A DNA stretch of 63,000 bases, filler included, from Basidiobolus meristosporus CBS 931.73 (GCA_002104905.1; 3 parts of 3 records of this genome joined end to end with filler, not necessarily neighbours in it); one strand, 5' to 3'. Shown: positions 23,360 through 36,799, counted from the first letter of the whole stretch. Numbers and translations are program-made. The notes: generated from the sequence alone by a model not told the origin.

Positions 23360-24350
23360 CATTAAATCATTCGTCCAAAATACTATGTTCACACCTAAAT
23401 ATCCACTCAACTTATTCACTTGGATCATAGTCAACAAATACTGGACATGGCAGCCAATATTCCCTGTCAGGATCTACTTGGAGTATTCTCACCTGGTATT
23501 GGCAACATGAAAAATCATCACAATTAGCTAACAGCAGCAAACTTTGCATACATGCTCCTGGAGCCTTCCCATGGATATTATAAATCTTGTGACTACACTA
23601 AATCTTCCCTAATTTAGTGACTTGGATCATTTCCTACAAGCCTCAGAGAATTCTAACTAATTTCCTTGGCAGGATTTACTTAAAATATTCTCACCAAAAT
23701 GTTAGGTATCCAAAACATGAAATCTCAAACATTGCCCAAGCAGCCCCAAGCTTTGCACACATGCACTTGGGACCTTTGTATACATATTCTGTGTGTCTGG
23801 ATTGCCAAGACCATGTAGAAGTATAGATACTACATTTGCATTCAACAAATTATCAAATGAAGACCCTATAATCTGTGTGTTCTCCTAAGAACTTCCAGTA
23901 TCACCAAAACTTTTACAACAGGCTAAGAGCCCTAAGCTGTCACTCTCCAGAATGTGTACTACTATCACTGTAACTTTTCCCTCTGCTGAGAAGTTAAATA
24001 GATGTAACATTCAAATCTAGAAGATGAAGCTGAAGATGCTGAAACAGGACAGTGACCTCAGGATATTGCTATGGGAGAAGGATACCCTCCTAAAGGTGTA
24101 GGCAAAGAAGTCTTAAGTACCAGAAAAAAGAACATAGTGCCTTCAGCTGCAATTGCCTGAATGATAAATACAGCTTGCCAATTCAATGCCCAAAAGCAAA
24201 AACAGCAACAAATGCCTGGAAGGCATTGGAAGTAAACCTACCAGGCATGTTCAGCTGCTAAGAAAATATATTATTGACAAATATTTGGTACTGTTTTGAT
24301 GCTCCCTGAAAAAAAAAAAATGAAAAATCCAATTAACAGAACTACCCTGT
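23360..24350 (+). mobile_element. Old, heavily decayed copia LTR fragments plus LTR-PBS-gag start
   Basis: Diverged LTR copies ending ...TTACAACA near 23920, decayed PBS GGCTAAGAGCCC, and a gag remnant with stops and indels. Confidence 0.8.
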
Positions 24351-24353
24351 TAG

Positions 24354-24910
24354 TGTTATGAATAGACACAAGGCAGGAGAGTAGAGCTAGGCAAGGCAGG
24401 ACTAGGAAAGGACTTAGGTGTGGATCAACAAGGCAAGATGTGTTTCTAAGGCAAGGCAGATTTCCAAGGCAAGGCTGTTTATTTAAGACCTGTGTTTATC
24501 AGACTGAGGAATACATAAGGGGGGATAAGACTATATATACTTTTTGGCAATGTGGATGCTAAGAGATATTGGCTAATACTGATGGGCTCTGGGATGAGGC
24601 ACAGTCAGTGTGCCAAGATAGAATATACCAATGAACAGACTGGAATATCACATGGAGATATGTCAGGGGTCAGCTGATCATGTGACTAGGTCATGTGACA
24701 TGCAGTTACCATATATGGCATGACACTATACAAATTCTAATGGGAAGCTTCCATAGAATGTTCCATTCTGTAACATTGACTTGGAGCTTTCAAGAAGTTG
24801 CTAGAATGTAGTAGAACTTTGTAGAAGGAGCTGGGATTTCTTCACTGACTTGATTTGGCTATAAAATTGGAGACCAGGGATGTCATGTGATCATGGCAGT
24901 TAGTTGATAA
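24354..24910. repeat. Unrelated non-coding repeat or LTR-like fragment of another family
   Basis: TGTTA...TAACA (24354-24775) with internal CAAGGCA and TCATGTGA reiterations. No TSD found. Confidence 0.35.
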
Positions 24911-26753
24911 TGTTGTAAAACTTTGTAATTCCACCTAAATATTCACCTAACTTAGTCACTTAGATCATTACCCTCAAATCCTAGAGAATACTGACCAAAT
25001 TCCTTGTTGGGACTCACTTAGAATATTTTCACCAAAATACCAGGTACCCAGAACATGAGAATTCTTAAAGTTGTCCAAACAGCCCCAAACTTTGCACACA
25101 TGTTCTTGGGACCTTCCTCAACCTATTTGACGTGTTTGTAATGCCAAGACCAGGTAAAAGTATAAATACTACTTTTACATTCAATAAATCATTAAGCAAA
25201 AACCACATAATCTACTTGTCCTCCCAATCACTTCCAACATCTCCAAGACTCTTACAACAGGTTATGAGCCCCAAGCTGTCACTCTCTGCAATGTCTACTA
25301 CTGCTATTACTGGAATTTTTCCCTTTGCTGAAAAGTTGGATGGATCTAACTACCAAGTGTGGAAGGTGAAGATGAAGATGCTGCTACAAGAAAGAGGCCT
25401 TTGGGATATTGTCATGGGGGAAGAATGCCCTCCTAAAAATGTGGGAGAGGAAGCCTTAAAGTACCAGAAGAAAGAACAAAGTGCCTTTAACTGCATTTGC
25501 CTTAATGTCAAGCACAAATTGCTAATTCAATGCTCAAGTGCAAAAACGGCAAAGAATGCCTGGAAAGCATTAGAAGACACCTACCAGTCATGTTCAACTG
25601 CCAAGAAAATGTATCTGAGACAAAAATTCTTTACTACAAAGATGCTGCCAGGAGAAGAAATGAAAAATCTAATTAACAGCATTACCCTGCTGGTAGATGA
25701 GATGGAATCTGTGGGCGTACCAACTACTGATGAGGATGTGATAGTTAGCATCCTGAATAGCCTGACAGACAAGTTCCAGGGCCTTGTATCAGCCTTAGAG
25801 TCCAGAACTGAAGATTTGACCTTAAATTACATATATGGAAGGCTCCTGGATGAAGAATTAAGAAAAACAAGCGCCAATAAGAAGGAAGGAGAAAGTGCTT
25901 TAATAAGCAATGATAACCAACAAAGGAGGTACCCAAGACCCTACAAAGGCAACAGCAACCTATTTTGCAACTACTGCAAAAGGAAAGGACACACATCAGA
26001 CCGGTGTCTCAAAAAGAGAGATTATCAGCAAAAGAAGCCTGAATATGGAAATGCTGCAACAACTGAAGATAGATTATTCATATCTGCACTAAATATGACC
26101 ACAAACAAGGATTCTCAGACGTGGTATATTGACTCTGGAGCTTCTCAACACTTCACACACCAAAAAGAACTTTTTACCCATTATCAAGAAATTCCAATTA
26201 AGAAGGTTTTCATGGGTGACAATAGAACACTTGATGCAGTGGGAGAAGGAACTATCCAAGTAAACCTTAGAAGCAGTGAAGGAAGCCATACACTGACCTT
26301 TAAAGAAGTACTCTATGTACCAGAAATAGCCAAGAACCTACTCTCTGTAAGCAAGGCCACAGCAGAAGGACTCAGTTTCAGTTTTGACAATTCTGGATGC
26401 AGGATCACTGATCAAAATGGTGCTCATATTGCTTTGGGCATCAGAGATCAGAATCTATACAAGTTGACTTATATTCCATCATATCTGGAAGCCAATATAA
26501 GTAACTTAAATGAAGAAACACCAATGCTTTGGCACAGGAGATTTGGACACATCAATTTTGATTATTTGCGTAAAATGATCAAAGATCAGCTAATTTCTGG
26601 AGTGAAAATTAATCCCCCAGCTATTTTGGAGTACTGTGAAGCCTGCATATATGGGAAACAAGCCAGACAACTGTTCAAGAGCTCTGGGCTAATCAAAACT
26701 AAGAAAAAATTAGATTTAATTCACTCAGATCTGTGTGGACCTATGCAAAATTT
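24911..26753 (+). mobile_element. Ty1/copia copy 1: 5' LTR 24911-25259, PBS, gag-protease-start of integrase; interrupted by copy 2
   Basis: Open ORF 25132-26772 with CNYCKRKGHTSDRC zinc knuckle, WYIDSGASQH protease and WHRRFGH...CEAC. It switches abruptly into a new LTR after DLCGPMQN. Confidence 0.95.
25260..25271 (+). promoter_or_regulatory. Primer-binding site complementary to the tRNAiMet anticodon stem-loop (half-tRNA priming)
   Basis: GGTTATGAGCCC directly abuts the LTR end and is the reverse complement of GGGCUCAUAACC in initiator tRNA-Met. Repeated at 27104, 33813 and 40666, with a variant at 32946 on the minus strand. Confidence 0.9.
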
Positions 26754-29560
26754 TGTTGTAAAAAATTTGTAATTCCACCTAAATATTCACCTAACTTAGT
26801 CACTTAGATCATTACCTTCAAATCCTAGAGAATACTGACCAAATTCCTTGTCGGGATTTACTTAGAATATTTTCACCAAAATACCAGGTACCCAGAACAT
26901 GAAAATTCTCAAAGTTGTCCAAACAGCCCCAAACTTTGCACACATGTTTTTGGGACCTTCCTTAACCTATTCTATGTGTTTGTTATGCCAAGACTTGGTA
27001 AAAGTATAAATACTACTTTTACAATCAATAAATCATTAAGTGAAAACCACATAATCTACTTGTTCTCCAAATCACTTCCAATATCTCCAAGACTCTTACA
27101 ACAGGTTATGAGCCCCAAGCTGTCACTCTCTGCAATGTCTACTACTGCTATTACTGGAATTTTTCCCTCTGCTGAAAAGTTGGATGGATCTAGCTACCAA
27201 GTGTGGAAGGTGAAGATGAAGATGCTGCTGCAAGAGAGAGGCCTTTGGGATATTGTCATGGGAGAAGAATGCCCTCCTAAAAACGTGGGAGAGGAAGCCT
27301 TAAGGTACTAGAAGAAAGAACAAAGTGCCTTTAACTGCATTTGCCTTAATGTCAAGCACAAATTGCTAATTCAATGCTCAAGTGCAAAAACGGCAAAGAA
27401 TGCCTGGAAAGCATTAGAAGACACCTACCAGTCATGTTCAGCTGCCAAGAAAATGTATCTGAGAAGAAAATTCTTTACTACAAAGATGCTGCCAGGAGAA
27501 GAAACAAAAAATCTAATTAACAGAATTACCCTGCTGGTAGATGAGATGGAATCTGTGGGCATACCAACTACTGATGAGGATGTGATAGTTACCATCATGA
27601 ATAGCCTGACAGACGAGTTTCAGGGCCTTGTATCAGCCCTAGAGTCCAGAACTGAAGATTTGACCTTAAATTACGTATATGGAAGGCTCCTGGATGAAGA
27701 ATTAAGAAAATCAAGCGCCAATAAGAAGGAAGAAGAAAATGCTTTAATAAGCAATGATAACCAACAAAGGAGGTACCCAAGACCCTACAAAGGCAACAGC
27801 AACCTATTTTGCAACTACTGCAAAAGGAAAGGACACACATCAGACCGGTGTCTCAAAAAGAGAGATTATCAGCAAAAAAAGCCTGAATATGGAAATGCTG
27901 CAACAACTGAAGATAGACTATTCATATCTGCACTAAATATGACCACAAACAAGGATTCTCAGACGTGGTATATTGACTCTGGAGCTTCGCAACACTTTAC
28001 ACACCAAAAAGAACTTTTTACCCAATATCAAGAAATTCCAATTAAGAAGGTTTTCATGGGTGACAATAGAACACTTGATGCAGTGGGAGAAGGAACTATC
28101 CAAGTAAACCTTAGAAGCAGTGAAGGAAGCCATACAATGACCTTTAAAGAAGTACTCTATGTACCAGAAATAGCCAAGAACCTACTCTCTGTAAGCAAGG
28201 CCACAGCAGAAGGACTCAGTTTCAGTTTTGACAATTCTGGATGCAGGATCACTGATCAAAATGGTGCTCATATTGCTTTGGGCATCAGAGATCAGAATCT
28301 ATACAAGTTGACTTATATTCCATCATATTTGGAAGCCAATATAAGTAACTTAAATGAAGAAACACCAATGCTTTGGCACAGGAGATTTGGACACATCAAT
28401 TTTGATTATTTGCGTAAAATGATCAAAGATCAGCTAATTTCTGGAGTGAAAATTGATCCCCCAGCTATTTTGGAGTACTGTGAAGCCTGCATATATGGGA
28501 AACAAGCCAGACAACTGTTCAAGAGCTCTGGGCTAATCAAAACTAAGAAAAAATTAGATCTAATTCACTTAGATCTGTGTGGACCTATGCAAAATTTATC
28601 CTTAGGCGGGATGAAGTATTTAATCACTTTTATTGATGATTATACAAGATACACATGGGTCTACTTCATGGAGAGAAAGGAAGAAGCTCTGTCTAAGTTC
28701 AGGGAGTTTAAAGCCGTGGTGGAGAGAGAAACTGGTGAAAAAATCAAGAAAATATGCTCTGACAATGGTGGAGAATACACCTCCAAACTCTTCATCCACT
28801 TCTGCAAAATTCATGGGATAAAGCAAGAGACTACTGTACCTTACTCCCCACAGCACAATGGAGTAGCAGAATGAGCTAACAGATCAATAATTGATATGGC
28901 AAGATCTATGATCCATGATCAAAAATTATCCTATGATTTTTGGGCGGAATCAGTTGCCACTGCTGTATATCTTAAAAATAGGAGTTATAACAGAATACTT
29001 TGTGATTCTACTCCATTTGAAGCATGGTATGGATACAGACCAAGTGCAGAACATCTAAGAATATTTGGGTGTACAGCATATGCCAAAAAACTGGCCGGAA
29101 ATCAGTCAAAATTTGAGCCAAAAAGTGTAAAATGCATATTTTTGGGCTACTGCAATGAGAGTAAGGCATACAGACTCTACAATACCAAAGCAAAGAAGCT
29201 GATCAAGTCCAGGGATGTGTTGTTTGATGAAGATTCAAAATTTTCACAAAAAATGACATCAGATGATGACGAAAATTTGATCTCAAGTCCACCAATTGTC
29301 AGGATTGAATCAGAGCAAAACAATGAAAATTTTTTCACTCCAGAGGACTCTACAACCGTGGTTCAGCCAGAATCAGTGCCCAGGAATATCCCGGAAGTGA
29401 TCATTCCAGTATCAAATGCCTGGAGATCCAATCGGACAAGAAATAGCCCAAATTACTATATTAATGAGGGTACAAACTTAGCCTATGCCTATTCAGTCCA
29501 TATTGATGAACCCCAGACTGTAAAAGAGGCCCTAAATAGCCCTCAGACAAAGTTTTGGAG
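26754..29560 (+). mobile_element. Ty1/copia copy 2 nested in copy 1: LTR 26754-27103, gag-PR-IN with nonsense codons at 27309 and 28872; runs into a gap
   Basis: ORFs 26976-27311, 27363-28874 and 28896-gap are in one frame, separated by TAG and TGA. Integrase motifs IDDYTR, SDNGGEY and NGVAE are present. Confidence 0.95.
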
Positions 29561-29660
29561 NNNNNNNNNNNNNNNNNNNNNNNNNNNNNNNNNNNNNNNN
29601 NNNNTTAATTAATTAANNNNNNNNNNNNNNNNNNNNNNNNNNNNNNNNNNNNNNNNNNNN
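29561..29660. other. Scaffold gap (100 nt of N with TTAATTAATTAA six-frame-stop linker)
   Basis: N-run with an embedded artificial linker; an identical structure is at 47454-47553. Confidence 0.98.
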
Positions 29661-32600
29661 GATGGCACCAAGCTCTCTTGATTTGGTTGAGTTTTGACCA
29701 AGTTAAGGTTTGTCTCCATTGGGGTAGCTTGCCAGTTTACAGTCTTCCATTTTGTACTTCTTTAGTATATCTTGAATATACTTGGATTGGCTTAGGGTAA
29801 TGGTCTGGGTGCTTCTGTCTATGGAGAACTTAATCCCTCAGTAGTAACTAAGTTCTCCTAAATCAGACATCTTGAACTCCTCAGATAGGCTGGATTTAGT
29901 CTCTTCCAATGTTTCTAGGTTATTGGTGGTTATAATAAGATCATCCACATATAGAGCTAATAGAACTGGATTTGCTCTATCTGGCTTATAGTATATACTA
30001 TAGTCAGCACTACTTCTTTTGAAACTCAAGGATTCCAAATAAGAATCTATCTTGCAATTCCAGGCTCTTGGTGATTGTTTGAGACCATATAGTGACTTTT
30101 TAAACTTGCAGACCAAATGGGGGTTATCTTGGTCAACAAACCCATCAGGCTGGTCCATATACACGTCCTCATCAAGTTCTCCATTCAAAAATGCAGTTTT
30201 TACATCCATTTGATGAATAAAAAACTTATATTTGGCTGCAATAGCCAATATTAATCTGATGGAATTAAACTTGGCTACCGGTGCAAAGGTCTCAGTATAG
30301 TCAAGTCCTTTTGTTTGAGAGTATTCTTTGGCTACAAGTCTTGCTTTGTATCTTTCAATTGTACCATCAGCCTTGTATTTTGTCTTGAAGACCCATCTGC
30401 ATCCAATTAATTTTTGGTTGATTGGTAATTTGACTAAGTCCCAAGTTTGATTTTCCATCAGTGCCTGATATTCCTCAGTCATTGCAGATCTCCAAAACCT
30501 TGTCTGAGGGCTATTTAGGGCCTCTTTTACAGTCTGGGGTTCTTCAATATGGACTGAATAGGCATAGGCTAAGTTTGTACCCTCATTGATATAGTAATTT
30601 GGGCTATTTCTTGTTTGATTTGATCTCCGGGCATTTGATACTGGAATGATCACTTCTGGGGTATTCCTGGGCACTGATTCTGGCTGAACCATGGTTGTAG
30701 AGTCCTCTGGAATGAAAAATTTTTTATTGTTTTGCTCTGATTCAATCCTGACAATTGGTGGACTTGAGATCAAATTTTTGTCATCATCTGGTGTCATTTT
30801 TTGTGAAAATTTTGAATTTTCATCAAACAACACATCCCTAGACTTGATAAGCTTCTTTGCTTTGGTATTGTAGAGTCTGTATTCCTTACTCTCATTGCAG
30901 TAGCCCAAAAATATGCATTTTACACTTTTTGACTCAAATTTTGACTGATTTCCGGCCAGTTTTTTGGCATATGCTGTACACCCAATTATTCTTAGATGTT
31001 CTGCACTTGGTCTGTATCCATACCATGCTTCAAATGGAGTAGAATCACGAAGTATTCTGTTACAACTCCTATTTTTAAGGTATACAGCAGTGGCAACTGA
31101 TTCCGCCCAAAAATCATAGGATATTTTTTGATCATGAATCATAGATCTTGCCATATCAATTATTGATCTGTTAGCTTGTTGTGATACTCCATTTTGCTGT
31201 GGGGAGTATGGTACAGTAGTCTCTTGCTTTATCCCATGAATTTTGCAGAAGTGGATGAAGAGTTTTGAGGTATATTCTCCACCATTGTCAGAGCGTATTT
31301 TCTTGATTTTTTCACCAGTTTCTCTCTCCACCATGGCTTTAAACTCCCTGAGCTTAGACAGAGCTTCTTCCTTTCTCTCCATGAAGTAGACCCATGTGTA
31401 TCTTGTATAATCATCAATAAAAGCGATTAAGTACTTCATCCCGCCTAAGGATAAATTTTGCATAGGTCCACACAGATCTGAGTGAATTAGATCTAATTTT
31501 TTCTTAGTTTTGATTAACCCAGAGCTCTTGAATGGTTATCTGGCTTGTTTCCCATAAATGCAGGCTTCACAGTGCTCCAAACTAGCTGGGGGAGCAATTT
31601 TCACTCCAGAAATTAGCTGATCTTTGATCATTTTACGCAAATAATCAAGATTGATGTGTCCAAATCTCCTGTGCCAAAGCATTGGTGTTTCTTCATTTAA
31701 GTTACTTATATTGGCTTCCAAATATGATGGAATATAAGTCAACTTGTATAGATTTTGAACTCTGATGCCCAAAGCAATATGGGCACCATTTTGATTAGTG
31801 ATCCTGCATCCAGAATTGTCAAATCTGAAACTGAGTCCTTCTGCTGTGGCCTTGCTTACAGAGAGTAGGTTCTTGGCTATTTCTGGTACATAGAGTACTT
31901 CTTTAAAGGTCAGTGTATGGCTTCCTTTGCTGCTTCTAAGGTTTACTTGGATAGTTCCTTCTCCCACTGCATCAAGTGTTCTACTGTCACCCATGAAAAC
32001 CTTCTTAATTGGAATTTCTTGATATTGGGTAAAAAGTTCTTTTTGGTGTGTAAAGTGTTGAGAAGCTCCAGAGTCAATATACCACGTCTGAGAATCCTTG
32101 TTTGTGGTCATATTTAGTGCAGATATGAATAGTCTATCTTCAGCTGTTGCAGCATTTCCATATTCAGGCTTCTTTTGCTGATAATCTCTCTTTTTGAGAC
32201 ACCGGTCTGATGTGTGTCCTTTCCTTTTGCAGTAGTTGCAAAGTAGGTTGCTGTTGCCTTTGTAGGGTCTTGGGTACCTCCTTTGTTGGTTATCATTGCT
32301 TATTAAAGCATTTTCTTCTTCCTTCTTATTGGTGCTTGATTTTCTTAATTCTTCATCCAGGAGCCTTCCATATATGTAATTTAAGGTCAAATCTTCAGTT
32401 CTGGACTCTAGGGCTGATACAAGGCCCTGAAACTCCTCTGTCAGGCTATTCAGGATGGTAACTATCACATCCTCATCAGTAGTTGGTACGCCCACAGATT
32501 CCATCTCATCTACCAGCAGGGTAATTCTGTTAATTAGATTTTTCATTTCTTCTCCTGGCAGCATCTTTGTAGTAAAGAATTTTCATCTCAGATACATTTT

Positions 32601-33296
32601 CTTGGCAGCTGAACATGACTGGTAGGTGTCTTCTAATGCCTTCCAGGCATTCTTTGCCATTTTTGCTCTTGAGCATTGAATTAGCAATTTGTCCTTAACA
32701 TTAAGGCAATAGCAGTTAAAGGCACTTTGTTCTTTCTTCTGGTACTTTAAGGCTTCCTCTCCCACGTTTTTAGGAGGGCATTCTTCTCCCATGACAATAT
32801 CCCAAAGGCCTCTTTCTTGTAGCAGCATCTTCATCTTCACCTTCCACACTTGGTAGTTAGATCCATCCAACTTTTCAGCAGAGGGAAAAATTCCAGTAAT
32901 AGCAGTAGTAGACATTGCAGAGAGTGACAGCTCGGGGCTTATAACCTGTTGTAAGAATCTTGGAGATATTGGAAGTGATTTGGAGAACAAGTGGATTATG
33001 TGGTTTTTCACTTAATGATTTATTGAATGTAAAAGTAGTATTTATACTTTTACATGGTCTTGGCATTACAAACACGTAGAATAGGCTAAGAAAGGTCCCA
33101 AGAACATGTGTGCAAAGTTTGGGGCTGTTTGGACAACTTTGAGAATTTTCATGTTCTGCGTACCTGGTATTTTGGTGAAAATATTCTAAGTAAATTCCAA
33201 CAAGGAATTTGGTCAGTATTCTCTAGGATTTGAAGGTGATGATCTAAGTGACTAAGTTAGGTGAATATTTAGGTGGAAATACAAATTTTTACAACA
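29661..33296 (-). mobile_element. Ty1/copia copy 3 (minus strand): LTR 33296-32947, gag-PR-IN-RT with three in-frame stops; runs into the gap
   Basis: ORFs 33011-32583, 32564-31536 and 31463-29838. RT motifs YKARLVAK, QMDVKTAFLNG, LYGLKQSPRAW and LYVDDL. Domain order PR-IN-RT. Confidence 0.95.
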
Positions 33297-33464
33297 GAAA
33301 CTGGCTTCAAACTGGGGGAAACCCAACATACTTTGACCTATGAGTAATTATTGTGAAGACCCTGTCCAATGGCCATCACAGTTTCCAAGTCCCATGACTA
33401 AGAGGTGTTGATCCCTTCAGGACACTGTGCAAAGACTGTCAAAAAATAATTGCACCCCAGATTT

Positions 33465-35709
33465 TGTTGTGAAAAACTGTAATGCACCTAAATATTCACC
33501 TAACTTAGTCATTAAGATCATTACCTTCAAATCCTAGAAAATACTGACCAAATTCCTTGTTGGGATTTACTTGGAATATTTTTACCAATATACCAGGTAC
33601 TCAGAGCATGAGAATTCTCAAAGTTGTCCAAGCAGCCCCAAACTTTGCACATATGTTCTTGAGACCTTCTTTGCCATATTGTATGTGTTTGTTTTGCCAA
33701 GACCATGTAAAAGTATTAATATTACTTTTACATTCAATAAATCATTAAGTGAAAACCACATAATCTACCTGTCCTCCCAGTCAATTCCAATATCTCCAAG
33801 ACTCTTTCAACAGGTTATGAGCCCCAAGCTGCCACTCTCTGCAATGTCTACTACTGCTACTACTGGAATTTTTCCCTCTGCTGAAAAGTTGGATAGATCT
33901 AATTACCAAGTGTGGAGGGTGAAGATAAAGATGCTGCTACAAGAAAGAGACCTTTTGGGATATTGTCATGGAAGAAGAATGTCCTCCCAAAAACGTGGGA
34001 GAGGAAGCCTTAAAGTACCAGAAGAAACAACAAAGTGCCTTTAACTGCATTTGCCTTGATGTTAAGCACAAATTGCTAATTTAATGCTCAAGAGCAAAAA
34101 CAGCAAAGAATGCTGGGAAGGCATTAGAAGACACCTACCAGTCATGTTTAGCTGCTGAGAAAATGTATCTGAGACAAAAATTCCTTACTACAAAGATGCA
34201 TTCCAGGAGAAGAAATGAAAAATCTAATTAACAGAATTACCCTGCTGGTAGATAAGATGGAATCTGTGGGCATACCAGCTACTGATAAGGATGTGATAGT
34301 AACCATCCTGAATAGGCTGACAGATGAGCTTCAGGGCCTTGTATAAGCCCTAGAGTCCAGAACTGAATATTTGACCTTAAAATACCTATATGGAAGGCTC
34401 CTGGATGAAGAGCTGAGAAATCAAGTGCCAATAAGAAGGAAGAAGAAAATGCATTAATAAGCACTGATAGCCAGCAAAGAAGGTACCTAAGACCTTACAA
34501 AGGCAATAGCAACCTGTTTGCAACTAATGTAAAGGAAAGGACACACATCAGACCAGTGTCTAAAAAAGAGAGATAATCAGTAAAAGAAGCCTGAATATGG
34601 AAATACTGCAACAACTGAAGATAGACTAATCATATCTGTACTAAATATGACCACAAACAAGGATTCTCAGATGCGGTACATTGACTCTGGAGCATCTCAA
34701 CACTTTACACACCAAAAAGAATTTTTTACCCAATACCAAGATATTCCAGTCAAGAAGGTTTTCATGGGTGCCAATAGAACACTTGATGCAGTGGGAGAAG
34801 GGACTATCCAAGTAAACCTTAGAAGCAGTAAAGGAAGCTATACACTGGCCTTGAAAGAAGTACTCTAAGTACCAGAAGTAGCCAAGAACCTACTATCTGT
34901 AAGCAAGGTGACTGCAAAAGGACTTATTTTCCACTTTGACAATTCTGGATGCAAGATCACTGATCAAAATGGTGCCTGTATTGCATTGGGTATCAGAGAT
35001 CAGAATCTATACAGGTTAAATTATATTCCATCATATTTGGAAGCTAATATAAGTAACTCAAATGAAGAAACACTAATGCTTTGGCACAGGAGATTTGGGC
35101 ACATCAATTTTGATTATTTGCGCAACATGATCAAAGATCAGCTATTTTCCAGAGTAAAATTGATCCCACAGCTAATGTGGAGCACTGTAAAGCCTGCATA
35201 TATGGGAAACAAGCCATACAACTGTTCAAGAGCTCTGGGTTGATGAAAACTAAGAAAAAATTAGATCTGATTCACTTGGATATGTGTGGACCTATGCAAG
35301 ATTTATCCTCAGGTGGGATGAAGTATTTAATCACTTGTATTGATGATTATACAAGATACACAAGGGCCCACTTCAAGGAGAGAAAGGAAGAAGCTCTGTC
35401 TAAGTTCAGGGAGTTTAAAGCCATGGTGGAGAGAGAAACTGGTGAAAAAATCAAGAAAATAAGCTCTGACAATGGTGGAGAATATACCTAAAAACTCTTC
35501 ATCCACTTCTGCAAAATTCATGGGATAAGGCAAGAGACTAAGGTGCCATACTTCCCAGAGCAAAATGGAGTAGCAGAACATGCAAACAGATCAATAATTG
35601 ATATGGCAAGATCTATGATCTATGATCAAAATTTATCCTATGATTTTTGGAAGGAATCAGTTGCCACAGCTGTATACCTTAAAAATTGGAGTTATAACAG
35701 AATACTTGT
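33465..35709 (+). mobile_element. Ty1/copia copy 4, degenerate and 3'-truncated within integrase
   Basis: LTR 33465-33812 plus PBS and a frameshifted gag-PR-IN; homology stops near 35709. Confidence 0.92.
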
Positions 35710-36799
35710 CAAAATTTCTCTTCATAACAATACAAAAGTGGCTTTTGATTGGTTCTCTGCAAATTTTCTCACTATCTTAACCTCAACACTCTGTCACCTC
35801 CTACATTTGTGTGTATTGATTGCCCATATCCTCTTACTCACACTCCTTACTTCCTGACTCAATTGTTTCTCTTACTTTCATGCACACAAATTGATTTATA
35901 TTTTTTGAAACTTCTGTTGCACCTCAATTGCCAATTGTATTGACTTATACAAGTTCCTGTACCCAAAATTAACATTAAGCCCAGCTCCACACTCAACAAG
36001 TAACTCCATTAAAATCTACCACTCAATATGTATTTCTGCTGTAATGCTCTGTTCCCATGACCTTGGCAGGAACCCTATGGCTTTATGCCACTGTTCATTC
36101 ACTAGTTCCCATATGTCCTGGTCTTCAGCCAGCACTGCAAGGTCTAGCACTTCATCTGCATGCCTTTGCAATAAATCCTTGCAAAATTCCAGTGTGTCTT
36201 CTTGAGCACTGATCTTGAAGGAGTGCTGCAACCTCTTGGTGCACCAATTAGTATTCCAAAACTCCACTGAAGGTGTTGTGATAACCTTTTGAGTTCTTGA
36301 CATTCACTATGAAAAATAACTTGGTCCCATGGGTGGATCCAATCCAGATCAGCGGTCAAGATCTGGTTTGGAGAGCATCATAATAGCAGCAGCTTGGAAT
36401 TAGTGACCCTCCTAGCACTCTTATGACAAGATTATGATGGTGTTTTGCTAATTTTACAGCCAAATAAAGGGATAAAACTTGACAATATTTTATTGGTGCT
36501 GTAACAATATTTGCATGGTATTGTTGCAGTCTTTCAGTACTCTATAACTATTTTAAGTGGAATCAGTTGGCCAGGACATCCAATTGCCCTATATGGCAAG
36601 AAACTTGACAGTATTTTGATGGCCTCACAGCAAGACTCTGATGGCACTATATTGGCAGTATGACGGCCTACCACTGGTTCTCTATAATGCTACCGTACCA
36701 ATTTACCAAGTGGTATTTCCTTTTTCTACATCCCCTTGTGCAATTCATATATTCCACTGTAGAATCACCCTACTTTATTTGCTTACCCACTACTACCTT

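Noticed and set aside
29605-29616. Palindromic TTAATTAATTAA inside N-runs (also near 47498)
   Set aside because: Artificial six-frame-stop scaffold linker, not biological.
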